Positions 29,084 through 38,733 of a DNA stretch of 64,000 bases are shown here, one piece after another. This stretch comes from Rhodobacterales bacterium (GTDB taxonomy: Bacteria; Pseudomonadota; Alphaproteobacteria; Rhodobacterales; Rhodobacteraceae), in assembly GCA_038231775.1 (NCBI GenBank), contig JBBRKS010000001.1, positions 22,938-86,937 of the forward strand, written 5' to 3'. Numbering within the stretch: the stretch's first letter is position 1; each line of letters begins with the position of its first letter. Below the pieces are notes generated by a model. That model saw nothing but the letters and a program-made list of their open reading frames with translations, was not told where the DNA came from and ran no database searches. The position numbers and the translations under genes were made by a program.

Positions 29084-29336
29084 TTGGAGGAGGCGCCGGC
29101 ACGAATTTTCTGCGAAAATTCAGGGGATTTGGGGGCATGGATTTTCTGCGAAAATTCAGCGGGTTCGGTTAGGCGAATTTTCTGCGAAAATTCGACGGTA
29201 TTGGCTTGATGAATTTTCTGCGAAAATTCGGCAAGGGTGCGGGGTCGATTTTTCTGCGAAAAATCGGGGGGAGGGATGGCCCCGGTGTCCTGCACAAAAG
29301 CAAAAGCCTCCGGCGGGAGTATTTGGCAAAGAGCAA

Positions 29337-29340
<4 letters not shown>
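29080..29340 (-). CDS. Candidate 86-aa repeat ORF (5 x EFSQK, 12-aa period)
   Basis: ATG overlaps the ATPase TGA; its TGA overlaps the permease ATG; no internal stop. Translation is unproven. Confidence 0.35.
29103..29265. repeat. Array of five 19-bp palindromes at a 36-bp period
   Basis: GAATTTTC-TGC-GAAAATTC-type units at 29103, 29139, 29175, 29211 and 29247; four different 17-nt linkers. Confidence 0.97.
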
Positions 29341-30374
<1,034 letters not shown>

Positions 30375-30576
30375 GGTGGGGATTTGGGCACCGTGGATTG
30401 GGGTGGCTTGAACTTGAGCGTCAAAGGCTTGGGGCGGCAGTGTTACGCGTGGCGACGGTCAGAGAATCGAGCAATGGCCGGGCTTCGGGCGTACGCTTTA
30501 TTCGACTACCGGGCAAAGGGTGCCTCTGCCCGGCCTTATGGATGTCAGCCGCTCGCCAATCTGTGGCCTTGCTTGG

Positions 30577-31734
30577 TCAGTTGCCGCCGACCACGGCCAT
30601 ATAGTCGGTCACCCATTGGGCGTAGGGGATGCATGCACCGTCACCCGCTGCGCAATTGGCGATGGGGGTCGTCCAGAAGTGGATTTTGTCAAACGCCTCC
30701 GCCCCGTTGTCCTTGCACCCGGCATCGGTTTGCTGACCTGATCCGTCGGTGCAGGCGGTGGGCACAACGGGAACTGACCCGAACCAGACCGACAGGTCGG
30801 ATTGCAGGTTTGAATTCAGCGTGTGTTCCATCCACTGATAGGCGCAGTTCGGGTGCGGCGCGTCGGTCGCCATCATCGTGGTGTCAGACCAGCCGGTCGC
30901 ACCTTCCTCCGGGATGGTTGAGGCAATCGGCGCCTCTTCCTGTTTCAGCAGATTGACCTGATAGGGCCACGAGGTCGAGGCGACGATACCTTCGTTCTTG
31001 AAATCATCGGTCTGGACGGTCGAATCGCTCCAATATTTCGACACAAGTTTGCGTTGGGCGCGCAACAGGTCCAGCACGGCGGCATATTGCGGTGGGGTCA
31101 GTTCATAGGGGTTGGTGATGCCAAGGTCGGGCTTGTGGGCCATCAGGTACAAGGCTGCATCGGCCAGATAGATCGGGCCGGCATAGGCCTCGACCCGGCC
31201 GGAATTGGGCTTTCCGTCGGGCAAATCGCCCGCCTCGAACACCACGGACCACGATTTGGGCGGCTCTTTGAAGGTGTCGGTGTTGTACATCAGCACGTTC
31301 GGCCCCCACTGGTAGGGCACGCCGTAATGCTTGCCATCCACCGTGAACCACGCCCCATCTTTCAGGCGCGGATCGACCTTGTCCCACGACGGGATAAGGG
31401 CAGTATTGATTTCCTGCACCTTCTTGCCTGCGACCAGCCGCAACGACGCATCGCCAGAGGCGGTCACAAGGTCAAAGCCGCCCTGGTTCATCAGGCTGAC
31501 CATTTCATCCGAGGTGCCAGCGGTCTTGACGTTGACCTTGCAGCCAGAGGTCGCCTCAAACTTGGTAATCCAGTCAAACGTCTTGTCGCTTTCGCCGCGC
31601 TCCATATAGCCCGGCCAGGCGACGATATCGACCTCACCCTCACCCGCACCGATGGCGGTGACCTGAGCCAGAAGCGGTGATGTCGCAAGGGCCAAGGCCA
31701 GAAGGCCCACACCCATCAGTTTTGTGGTTTGCAT
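30577..31734 (-). CDS. Polyamine-type ABC substrate-binding protein (YdcS/PotD-like)
   Basis: Signal peptide, VAWPGY, VPYQWG, EGATGWSDT; CAGGGAG SD. Confidence 0.92.
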   Translation of the reverse strand: MQTTKLMGVGLLALALATSPLLAQVTAIGAGEGEVDIVAWPGYMERGESDKTFDWITKFEATSGCKVNVKTAGTSDEMVSLMNQGGFDLVTASGDASLRLVAGKKVQEINTALIPSWDKVDPRLKDGAWFTVDGKHYGVPYQWGPNVLMYNTDTFKEPPKSWSVVFEAGDLPDGKPNSGRVEAYAGPIYLADAALYLMAHKPDLGITNPYELTPPQYAAVLDLLRAQRKLVSKYWSDSTVQTDDFKNEGIVASTSWPYQVNLLKQEEAPIASTIPEEGATGWSDTTMMATDAPHPNCAYQWMEHTLNSNLQSDLSVWFGSVPVVPTACTDGSGQQTDAGCKDNGAEAFDKIHFWTTPIANCAAGDGACIPYAQWVTDYMAVVGGN

Positions 31735-31909
31735 TGCAGGCTCCCTGATCAAATGCGCGGACTGCGCGGTGCCGCTTGGCGCGGGCTTATGATCAAATTA
31801 GACAAGGCAGGGCAGGACGCAAGGGGGATTCTTGTGGGGCTGGCGTTGCAGGCATGGGGTTTCACAGCCCGTGCTCCCCCGACGGGATATGCGCACAGCG
31901 GGGATGCGA

Positions 31910-32383
31910 TCAGGGGTGCGACATGGCGGTCAGCAAAGCGGCACGGTCGCGGGCGATCAGGGCGTCATAGGCGGCCAGCTTTTCAGCGGTGAAATGGCCC
32001 TCTTCGGCCAGCAGGTTGACGGTGCCAAGGACGCGGCCCGGCACCGGTCCGTCATTTGCGAAGATTGGCACGTTGATGCACGACCCAAGGCCCAGCGAGG
32101 TAATCAGCGCGTGGTCAAAGAAGTAGCGGGCGAATTCCGGCGTGGTGTTGGCGACAAAGGTCTGGCGTCCGTCGATACACACCTCATACCAGCCGTCCCG
32201 CGTCACCGGTTTGGTGCCCGACACCGGATATTCGACCGGATGCGAGGTATAGGCGCGGCGGGCCAGTTCTTCGGCTGCATCCATCACCGTCACCGTGAAC
32301 AGGCGGGTTCCCAGTGCGGCACAGGCCGCGTGCAAGGTAGCATAGGTTTGCTCGTCAGCGGCAGACAGGTCAGGCGTGGTCAT
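31910..32383 (-). CDS. Stand-alone GAF domain protein
   Basis: RAYTSHPVEYPVSGTKP, GSCINVP, GTVNLL. Confidence 0.85.
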   Translation of the reverse strand: MTTPDLSAADEQTYATLHAACAALGTRLFTVTVMDAAEELARRAYTSHPVEYPVSGTKPVTRDGWYEVCIDGRQTFVANTTPEFARYFFDHALITSLGLGSCINVPIFANDGPVPGRVLGTVNLLAEEGHFTAEKLAAYDALIARDRAALLTAMSHP

Positions 32384-33521
32384 CGGATGGTCCTTCATGA
32401 GAGGTTTCGCTGGCATGGACAAGGGCTGCCAGAATGTCAGAACGGGTGATCACACCGCACAGGCTGCCATCGGCATCCAGCACCGGCAGGCAGGTTTGCT
32501 GACCCTGCAGCAGCGCGGGCAAAAGATCGGCAAGCAAAGCGTCGAGGCTGGCGGTGGCAACTGTGGCCTGCATCAGATGATGGGCAGACAGGCCCTGCGC
32601 GCCGGGCCGCAGGATAACCAGCACCGGCACAAGGCCCAAGAGCCGGTTCAGCCCATCCACCACCGGCAGAGCGCGGCAGCCCTGTCTGACAAACAGGGCA
32701 GAGATCTGACGCCAGTCTGCCGTAGGGCTTAAGGTTGCCGGATCACGCGTCATGATCTGCGCAGCCGTCAGCTTGGGGTGCGGCGCCAGCGCCTCAGCCG
32801 TTGTGATCAGGCGGGCAAGGTCGTCGACACCAACCGTCCCCTCCAGCCGCAACTGGGCGAGTGCCGCGGCCAGAACCAGGGGAGAGGGCGGCATGGACAG
32901 GGGTTCCGCCACAGCAGGTTCATCAGCAACAGGCAGCGGCGCGAACGGATAGCGCCGCCCGGTCACCCGGTGAAAGACCAATCCAAAGGCCACCAGCAGC
33001 GCCGACCCGGCAAACACCGTCAGCCCCAGCCAAGTAAGGCTGCCTTGCAGGCCTGCCGGAGCGGCCAGAACCGTTGCAATCGCCACAGCACCGCCCGGCG
33101 GATGCAGGCACCGCGCCCACGCCATCACGAGGATGGCGGCAAAGACCGCCACGATCAGCGTCATCACGGGCGGTCCGCCCAAAATCAATCCGACCAAAGG
33201 CAAGATAGCCAAGGCTAAGGCGGCGGACAGCGTGTTGCCCGCCACCACCGACCATGGCTGCGACATCGGGCTGGCCGGGATAAGATAGATCATCACGGCC
33301 GACGCCCCGAGGGGTGCGATCAGCATCGGATGCGCCCAAAACCCGGCCCCGGCCAGACTCGAACCAAGATCCAATCCCAGATCCGATGCGATCAGCCAAA
33401 GCACCGCTTGGGTCAGGCCAAGCCCCAGCAACGCGCCCACAGCGTCGCGCACGGCCTCAACCGGTTGGGCGTGCGGCATCGCGGGCCCAAAGGCACGCAG
33501 GGTCAGACTGTCAAATCGCAA
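32370..33521 (-). CDS. HPP family membrane protein with CBS pair
   Basis: APLGASAV, SQPWSV, LHPPGGA; C-terminal IMTRDP...LPVVD...GVITRSD. TTG start at 33521 with GAGG SD is inferred. Confidence 0.9.
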   Translation of the reverse strand: MRFDSLTLRAFGPAMPHAQPVEAVRDAVGALLGLGLTQAVLWLIASDLGLDLGSSLAGAGFWAHPMLIAPLGASAVMIYLIPASPMSQPWSVVAGNTLSAALALAILPLVGLILGGPPVMTLIVAVFAAILVMAWARCLHPPGGAVAIATVLAAPAGLQGSLTWLGLTVFAGSALLVAFGLVFHRVTGRRYPFAPLPVADEPAVAEPLSMPPSPLVLAAALAQLRLEGTVGVDDLARLITTAEALAPHPKLTAAQIMTRDPATLSPTADWRQISALFVRQGCRALPVVDGLNRLLGLVPVLVILRPGAQGLSAHHLMQATVATASLDALLADLLPALLQGQQTCLPVLDADGSLCGVITRSDILAALVHASETSHEGPSDDHA

Positions 33522-33528
33522 AGCGGCC

Positions 33529-33891
33529 TCATGGTTGCGGTGTGCCGTCCCAACGTCCGGTGGCAAGAACGGTCCAACCCTCGGCAGGCACCGGGGCTGG
33601 CGGCGGAGTCATCCCCGGCTCCCATACCATCAAAAGTATGTGATCCGGGTCGCGGCGCGCCTCACCGGCCTCGGCCATGGCCTGCCAGACGAGACCAAAC
33701 CCTTCCATCAAAAGGCCCTCGACGTAGAACGGGATTTCTTCGGCATCCAGGAGTTCGGCGGCGTCGTCCTGCACCAGCCAGCCATCCTCGACCTCAGCCG
33801 CCCACAGCACCTGCCCTTCGATGCCAGGGTGGCGTGCTGCAAGCCGCTTCAGCGGGGCCAGAAAGGCAAGGGTCAGGGCGTCGTCTGTCAT
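33529..33891 (-). CDS. Hypothetical protein
   Basis: 120-aa acidic ORF with host-like codon use that fills the gap. Confidence 0.75.
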   Translation of the reverse strand: MTDDALTLAFLAPLKRLAARHPGIEGQVLWAAEVEDGWLVQDDAAELLDAEEIPFYVEGLLMEGFGLVWQAMAEAGEARRDPDHILLMVWEPGMTPPPAPVPAEGWTVLATGRWDGTPQP

Positions 33892-34053
33892 GGATTGGTC
33901 ACGGGTTAGGACGGGGCTTCGTCACGGCTTGGGGACATGAAACAGGTCATGGCGCAAGGCATAACATCTGGCAAGAGGGATCGCAGGACCGCCGCACCGC
34001 TATTCCCTTTGGCGTCCGGCCTGCCCATATACAGTGCCAAAGAGGAGACGCCG

Positions 34054-34293
34054 ATGGAATTCGTATTGCTTCTGGTGGTGGGTGCGGCGGCTGGATTTCT
34101 GGCCACACGGATGATGAAACTGCAGACCGACATCCCGACGACTATCGCCATCGGGGTGGGTGGTGCGATCATCGGCGGGCTGGTGATCCGGTTACTGGCC
34201 GAGGTGGCGGGCTGGATGGCCGGCTTTGTCGGCGCGGTGCTGGGCGCGCTTGTGCTGCTGTGGATCTGGAAGACCTACTTCGCCCGGCGCTGA
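34054..34293 (+). CDS. GlsB/YeaQ/YmgE family membrane protein
   Basis: GAAAGFLA...IAIGVGGAIIGG; GAGGAG SD. Confidence 0.88.
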   Translation: MEFVLLLVVGAAAGFLATRMMKLQTDIPTTIAIGVGGAIIGGLVIRLLAEVAGWMAGFVGAVLGALVLLWIWKTYFARR

Positions 34294-34354
34294 ACACGTG
34301 TCCTGACCCAACTTGCGGATGGCTTTGCGGCAACATTCAATGCCGCAATGTAGC

Positions 34355-34891
34355 CTAACCCAGCTTCTTCAGCATGTCTTTCAGGCGAAAGTCCTTGTCG
34401 CCCAGACCCTGCCACAAGACCTGACCCTGCCAGGCCGCAAAGATCATCGCGGCAGAGTCGCGGTCTTGGGTACGGGTGGCCAGCAGGGCCTCGACCCGGT
34501 CACGCCAGTCGGCGGCCCGCGCGCGCAGACGCACGTGGCGCAGACTTGCGGCCAAAAGCGCTGCCATCGGCACACCCTCAGCCTTGTCGCTCAACGCCTT
34601 AAGCAAAGCCTGCGGCCCCTTCTGCAAAGCCTTGCCCGCCTTGGCGGAAGACGGCTCTGCCCCCTCGGCCTCGGCGGCGGTGGCCACGGCGTCCAACGCG
34701 TCCCAGCCCCAGGACAAAGCCTGCTCAACCATTTGCGGCAAAGGACCATAGCGCTGCACCAAAGACGCACCAGCCAGACCGGTCGCCCGGGCCACAGCGG
34801 AAAACGCCACGGCCTTCTCACCCTCCGCCGCGATCATCTGCAAGATGGCGGCAAAGACATCAGAATCAGGAAGGGTTCTTGGACGAGCCAT
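34355..34891 (-). CDS. TetR-like transcriptional regulator
   Basis: MARPRT...FSAVARATGLAGASLVQRYG helix-turn-helix. Confidence 0.85.
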   Translation of the reverse strand: MARPRTLPDSDVFAAILQMIAAEGEKAVAFSAVARATGLAGASLVQRYGPLPQMVEQALSWGWDALDAVATAAEAEGAEPSSAKAGKALQKGPQALLKALSDKAEGVPMAALLAASLRHVRLRARAADWRDRVEALLATRTQDRDSAAMIFAAWQGQVLWQGLGDKDFRLKDMLKKLG

Positions 34892-34976
34892 CCGCGAACT
34901 GTAAACACCGGTTCACAAACCGCAACCGGGCAAATCGCAGCGGTTCTGACACACGGCATCAACCCACGCTCCGGCA

Positions 34977-35000
34977 ATCCCATTCATCCAGGTTCAAATA
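34977..35000. repeat. Dispersed intergenic repeat, 24 bp identical to 60784-60807
   Basis: ATCCCATTCATCCAGGTTCAAATA at both sites, each between convergent genes. Confidence 0.9.
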
Positions 35001-35103
35001 TTCCCCAGCAGAGCGACGTCCAAGCCGGTTGGCTGCAAGCCAGAGGCGAAAAAAAGCAGTGCGCGGAACGCGCTCGACTGGCTACCGCCAGCGGGACCGG
35101 GCG

Positions 35104-36270
35104 CTATAGCAAAATGCCGGGATCGCGGCCGAGATCAAGGCCGGGAAACACGGTGGACTGCAAACCAGCCGCATCGACGCCGAACATGGCGCGCAAGGCC
35201 CAGGCCGGATAGGCCCGCACATCGCCGGTCGGCATCAGGTCGCGCTGTTGCAACAGGTTGGCATCGGCCAGACCCGGCCAGGTGCCAAACACCTTGCCGC
35301 CCTTCAGCGCCCCGCCCGCCAGAACCGCCATACCGCCAGTGCCGTGGTCGGTGCCTGCGGTGCCATTCTCACGCGCGGTGCGGCCAAATTCGGTCATCGC
35401 CACCACAAGCGTGGTGCCCCACGCCTTTCCAAGTCCGGTCTTCATGGCCAACAGCGCGTCGGTCAGTCCGGTCAACTGTTCTGCCATCGTCTTTTCCTGC
35501 GTGCGGTGGGTGTCCCAGCCGCCAAACGAAAAGCTTGCAATGCGCGACGCCCCCATCAGACGCTCCGCCACATAGGTGCCCAACTGGCCATAGGCCACTC
35601 CCCCCTTGGGGGCCGCCTCGCCATTCAGGTTGCGCATCAGATGCTGCGCCTCGGTATAGGGTTGCGAAAACATCGGGTCGGCGGTGTTGACGGCGGTCAA
35701 CAAATCCTGGGCCTGCGCGGACAGCGGGCTTTGCTCGACCGGGAACCAATGGTCGGTTTCGTGGCTGCCGTCCAGGATCAGCAAGCGCTGCTGGCCAACC
35801 GCAACGGCGGTGTCGGGTGCTGTGTTCGGCATGAGCGAAAGCGCCCGGTTCAGCCAGCCGTCGCGGCTGGCCGTCTCGTTGCCGTCCGCCGCTCCGGTGC
35901 CATTTTCCAGCGCGTCTTGCCCTACAAAGTGGCTGCGGCCTGACCGATAGGGGGTTGCGACCGCGTGTGCAAAGCCCAACTCACCAGCTTTCCACAACGG
36001 CATCAGACCTGCTGCCGCCGGATGCAGGTGGAAAAAGTCGGTCAGCGGCAACCCCGCAACGGCAGCCAAAGTCGGGCGCAGCGCGGCATAGGCCGGGTCA
36101 CCCACCGGGCGCACCACGTCCAGCCCGTCCATCGCCCCACGCAGCACGATCACCACCAGCCGGTTTTCACCCGGTGCCGCCGCAAAAGTAACGGGCGTCA
36201 ACAGGGGCGAGGCTGCAATCGAACAGCCAATCAGAAAAGCACGACGTGACACCAACAGATCATGAGCCAT
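35104..36270 (-). CDS. DUF1501 family protein (Tat signal)
   Basis: SRRAFL, LRGAMDGL, RSHF, GGWDTH, TEFGRT, GTDHG. Confidence 0.93.
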   Translation of the reverse strand: MAHDLLVSRRAFLIGCSIAASPLLTPVTFAAAPGENRLVVIVLRGAMDGLDVVRPVGDPAYAALRPTLAAVAGLPLTDFFHLHPAAAGLMPLWKAGELGFAHAVATPYRSGRSHFVGQDALENGTGAADGNETASRDGWLNRALSLMPNTAPDTAVAVGQQRLLILDGSHETDHWFPVEQSPLSAQAQDLLTAVNTADPMFSQPYTEAQHLMRNLNGEAAPKGGVAYGQLGTYVAERLMGASRIASFSFGGWDTHRTQEKTMAEQLTGLTDALLAMKTGLGKAWGTTLVVAMTEFGRTARENGTAGTDHGTGGMAVLAGGALKGGKVFGTWPGLADANLLQQRDLMPTGDVRAYPAWALRAMFGVDAAGLQSTVFPGLDLGRDPGILL

Positions 36271-36276
36271 GATGAT

Positions 36277-37626
36277 TTACCTCCGGCTGAAATCGGGCGA
36301 GGCGATCAGCACGGCCAATCCCTCCCAGCGTTGTTCGGCCCCGCCCACGGCGCGGCGCAACAGGGGCGTTGCAAGGTCACCCATCGCAAAATCCACAAGG
36401 TCAACCGGGCTGGCCTGATCGCCCATGGCCCGAGAGATATCCACCGCCCAGTCAATGCGTGCCGCCATCATCGGCGGTGTCATCCAGCCCGCCGCAACCT
36501 CTGGCCAGCCATCCGGCCGCAACGGTTTATAGGTCGGCTGCCCCATCGAGGTCAGGCGTACATTCAGCATCATGTTGGCTTGGGGAAAGCCCAACAATCC
36601 TTTTTCCTGCCCGTCCATCCCCAGCAACCGCAACGAGGCGACCAGATATTCCTGCGGCGACCGTATCTTGGTGCGGATGACGTCAGAGGCCAGCGGGTGT
36701 TCCAGCATGGTGCGGTAGACCGGCACCAATTCGGTGTCATTGGCCAGATAGGCCGCCGACAAGGCAGTCACCAGATCGGCGGGCGGCGCGTCGGCGATGA
36801 AATGCCGCGCCATGAAAAACGCCACGGCGTCTGCCGTTTCCTGCCGGTGCGCCACCACTTCGACAAAGGCGTCAATCTGTTCGATGCCCTCGGTATAGGT
36901 GGCACCCAAAATGTGCTTGTCACCTGGTTCAGCGCGCTTTTTGTCGACCTTGCGGCCCTTTTCATCCTGCGACATGCCTGCCAGCAGCTTGGCAAATTCG
37001 GTCACATCGGTCTGTGTGTACCCATGCCCCATCGAGTGGAGTTCCAGAAACTCTCTCGCAAGGTTTTCGTTCAGACCCTTATTCTTAAGCTGGCCAATTG
37101 GCGAATCCGGTCCGATTGACCCGGTCTGCGACAGGTAATTCTGCATGGCGGGGTGCCACAGCGTGGCCTTCAGCATATCGGCATAGCGCCCGGCGATGTT
37201 GGGGCGGATCGCCTCATCCCGGAAAGACTGAACATAGTGATCAACGTTGCCAGCCACCGTGATCCGGTTGGCCCAGAAGTTCACCAGCCGTTCAACAAAC
37301 CCCAACGTGGCCACCGCCGGGCGTGCCACAAAGCTTGCCACGTCCAGATGCTCCATCTGCTTGATCTTGATGCGCGGGTCGTTCTCGTCCTTGGGCGGCT
37401 TGGCGGTGTCTTTGCTGGCTTTGCGCGCCTTGTTCGCGTCGATATAGGCCGCGATCAGAGTATAGCGGTCGGCCAGCAGCGGGCGATCCCAGGCGGCGGC
37501 GGCTGTGTCGGTGGCGGTCAACTGCGCCAGAACGCGATCAGGCTCAAGCCCGCCGGGCGATGGTGTGGTTCCGGCAAGAGGGCCATAGCCGAAACGGATC
37601 TCTTCAAGAAGGCTTAGCGATTCCAC
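36277..37626 (-). CDS. DUF1800 family protein
   Basis: ERLVNFWAN, HPAMQNYL, NENLAREFLELH; GGAG SD before GTG at 37626. Confidence 0.93.
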   Translation of the reverse strand: MESLSLLEEIRFGYGPLAGTTPSPGGLEPDRVLAQLTATDTAAAAWDRPLLADRYTLIAAYIDANKARKASKDTAKPPKDENDPRIKIKQMEHLDVASFVARPAVATLGFVERLVNFWANRITVAGNVDHYVQSFRDEAIRPNIAGRYADMLKATLWHPAMQNYLSQTGSIGPDSPIGQLKNKGLNENLAREFLELHSMGHGYTQTDVTEFAKLLAGMSQDEKGRKVDKKRAEPGDKHILGATYTEGIEQIDAFVEVVAHRQETADAVAFFMARHFIADAPPADLVTALSAAYLANDTELVPVYRTMLEHPLASDVIRTKIRSPQEYLVASLRLLGMDGQEKGLLGFPQANMMLNVRLTSMGQPTYKPLRPDGWPEVAAGWMTPPMMAARIDWAVDISRAMGDQASPVDLVDFAMGDLATPLLRRAVGGAEQRWEGLAVLIASPDFSRR

Positions 37627-37758
37627 GGCAATAACTCCGCCCAAGGGATGCCGATCACTAGCCCCCTAGTCGCGTTTCAAAGCAAATGACATTGCAGCGA
37701 CAAGGGCCGTGACAGGCTGAAATCCCCCGACCGGCCGATCAGACTAAGCGACATCCTG

Positions 37759-38733
37759 CTAAGACGGCGTGGCACTGCCTGCCTCTTCAGCCTCTTTCGC
37801 ACGGCGCGCCGATTTTCTGGCCAAACGCTCATCCTTTGAGCGGGCCTTGGCGTCGGCATCCTCAGGCTCGGCTTCGGCCTGCGCCACCTTTTTGACGCCC
37901 GCATGTTTGACCAAAAGCGACTTCGCCATGCCCGACAGACCGATCTCTTTGACAATCGGCCAGTTGCGGTAATGGACGGTGTAAATCTCGCGGTCGGTCG
38001 GCAGCGGCTCGCCGCGCGCTTTGCCGCCCAGAATGAAATGCTGCACGTCGGGCAACAGGTTCCACGTCAGCCCGGCCTTCTGAATGGCCAATGGCAAGCT
38101 CATCTGATCCAGATAGGGCCGTTTGGCGGGCAGATCGGCGGCATCCAGCGTTTGGGCAACCTGCATCCACACCTCGGGGAAGCTTTTGCCGTCAGGTGTT
38201 CGGAACTGTTCGGGAAAGGAAAACAAACCGGATGAGAAATAGGGCATCCGCGGCTGGCCCTTGGTCTGCTTCATCAGGCGGATGCGTTCGGTCGGCACGG
38301 GCATATCCGCTGCGACATAAATCGACGGCCAGATGGTCTGCTTGGCCCATCCCATAGAGGCGGCGGGGGTCAGCGAAACGCAGCCCTCTTTGATGATGTT
38401 TTCGACGGCATTCGGACGCAGAGTCAGAATATCGCTGTCCATGAAGCACGAAAATTCGGTATCGCGCGGTTCCAGCGTGGCAAGGATTTTGTTGCCATGC
38501 GGATAGGGCGGATCAAAGCGGCCTTCGGTCAGCATCGGGCGCAGGTCGCAGTTCATTTTGGCCAGCGCCGCCCGGACATCAGGGTGCACAAGGTCGATCT
38601 TGTGCGCCGGGCAATACCCGACCAAAGCCACCGTATCGCCAAAGTTTTCGCGCAAGGACGCGGTCAGATAGCAGGCCATGACCTGATATTCAGGCGGCTC
38701 TACAATGTAATAGATCGTCAATCTGGGGGCCAT
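37759..38733 (-). CDS. Putative GT-A (GT8-like) glycosyltransferase
   Basis: YPHGNKI, FMDSD (DxD), PYFSSG, YLDQMSL. Confidence 0.7.
   Translation of the reverse strand: MAPRLTIYYIVEPPEYQVMACYLTASLRENFGDTVALVGYCPAHKIDLVHPDVRAALAKMNCDLRPMLTEGRFDPPYPHGNKILATLEPRDTEFSCFMDSDILTLRPNAVENIIKEGCVSLTPAASMGWAKQTIWPSIYVAADMPVPTERIRLMKQTKGQPRMPYFSSGLFSFPEQFRTPDGKSFPEVWMQVAQTLDAADLPAKRPYLDQMSLPLAIQKAGLTWNLLPDVQHFILGGKARGEPLPTDREIYTVHYRNWPIVKEIGLSGMAKSLLVKHAGVKKVAQAEAEPEDADAKARSKDERLARKSARRAKEAEEAGSATPS

Noticed and set aside
29103-29265. Calling the array a CRISPR
   Set aside because: Repeats (19 bp) and spacers (17 bp) are shorter than canonical, there is no AT-rich leader or cas gene in the window, and the linkers look weakly related to each other.
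29103-29265. Calling the array a TIGR-Tas locus
   Set aside because: The 36-nt unit matches, but there is one repeat and one linker per unit rather than two repeats and two short spacers, and no Nop-domain gene is nearby.
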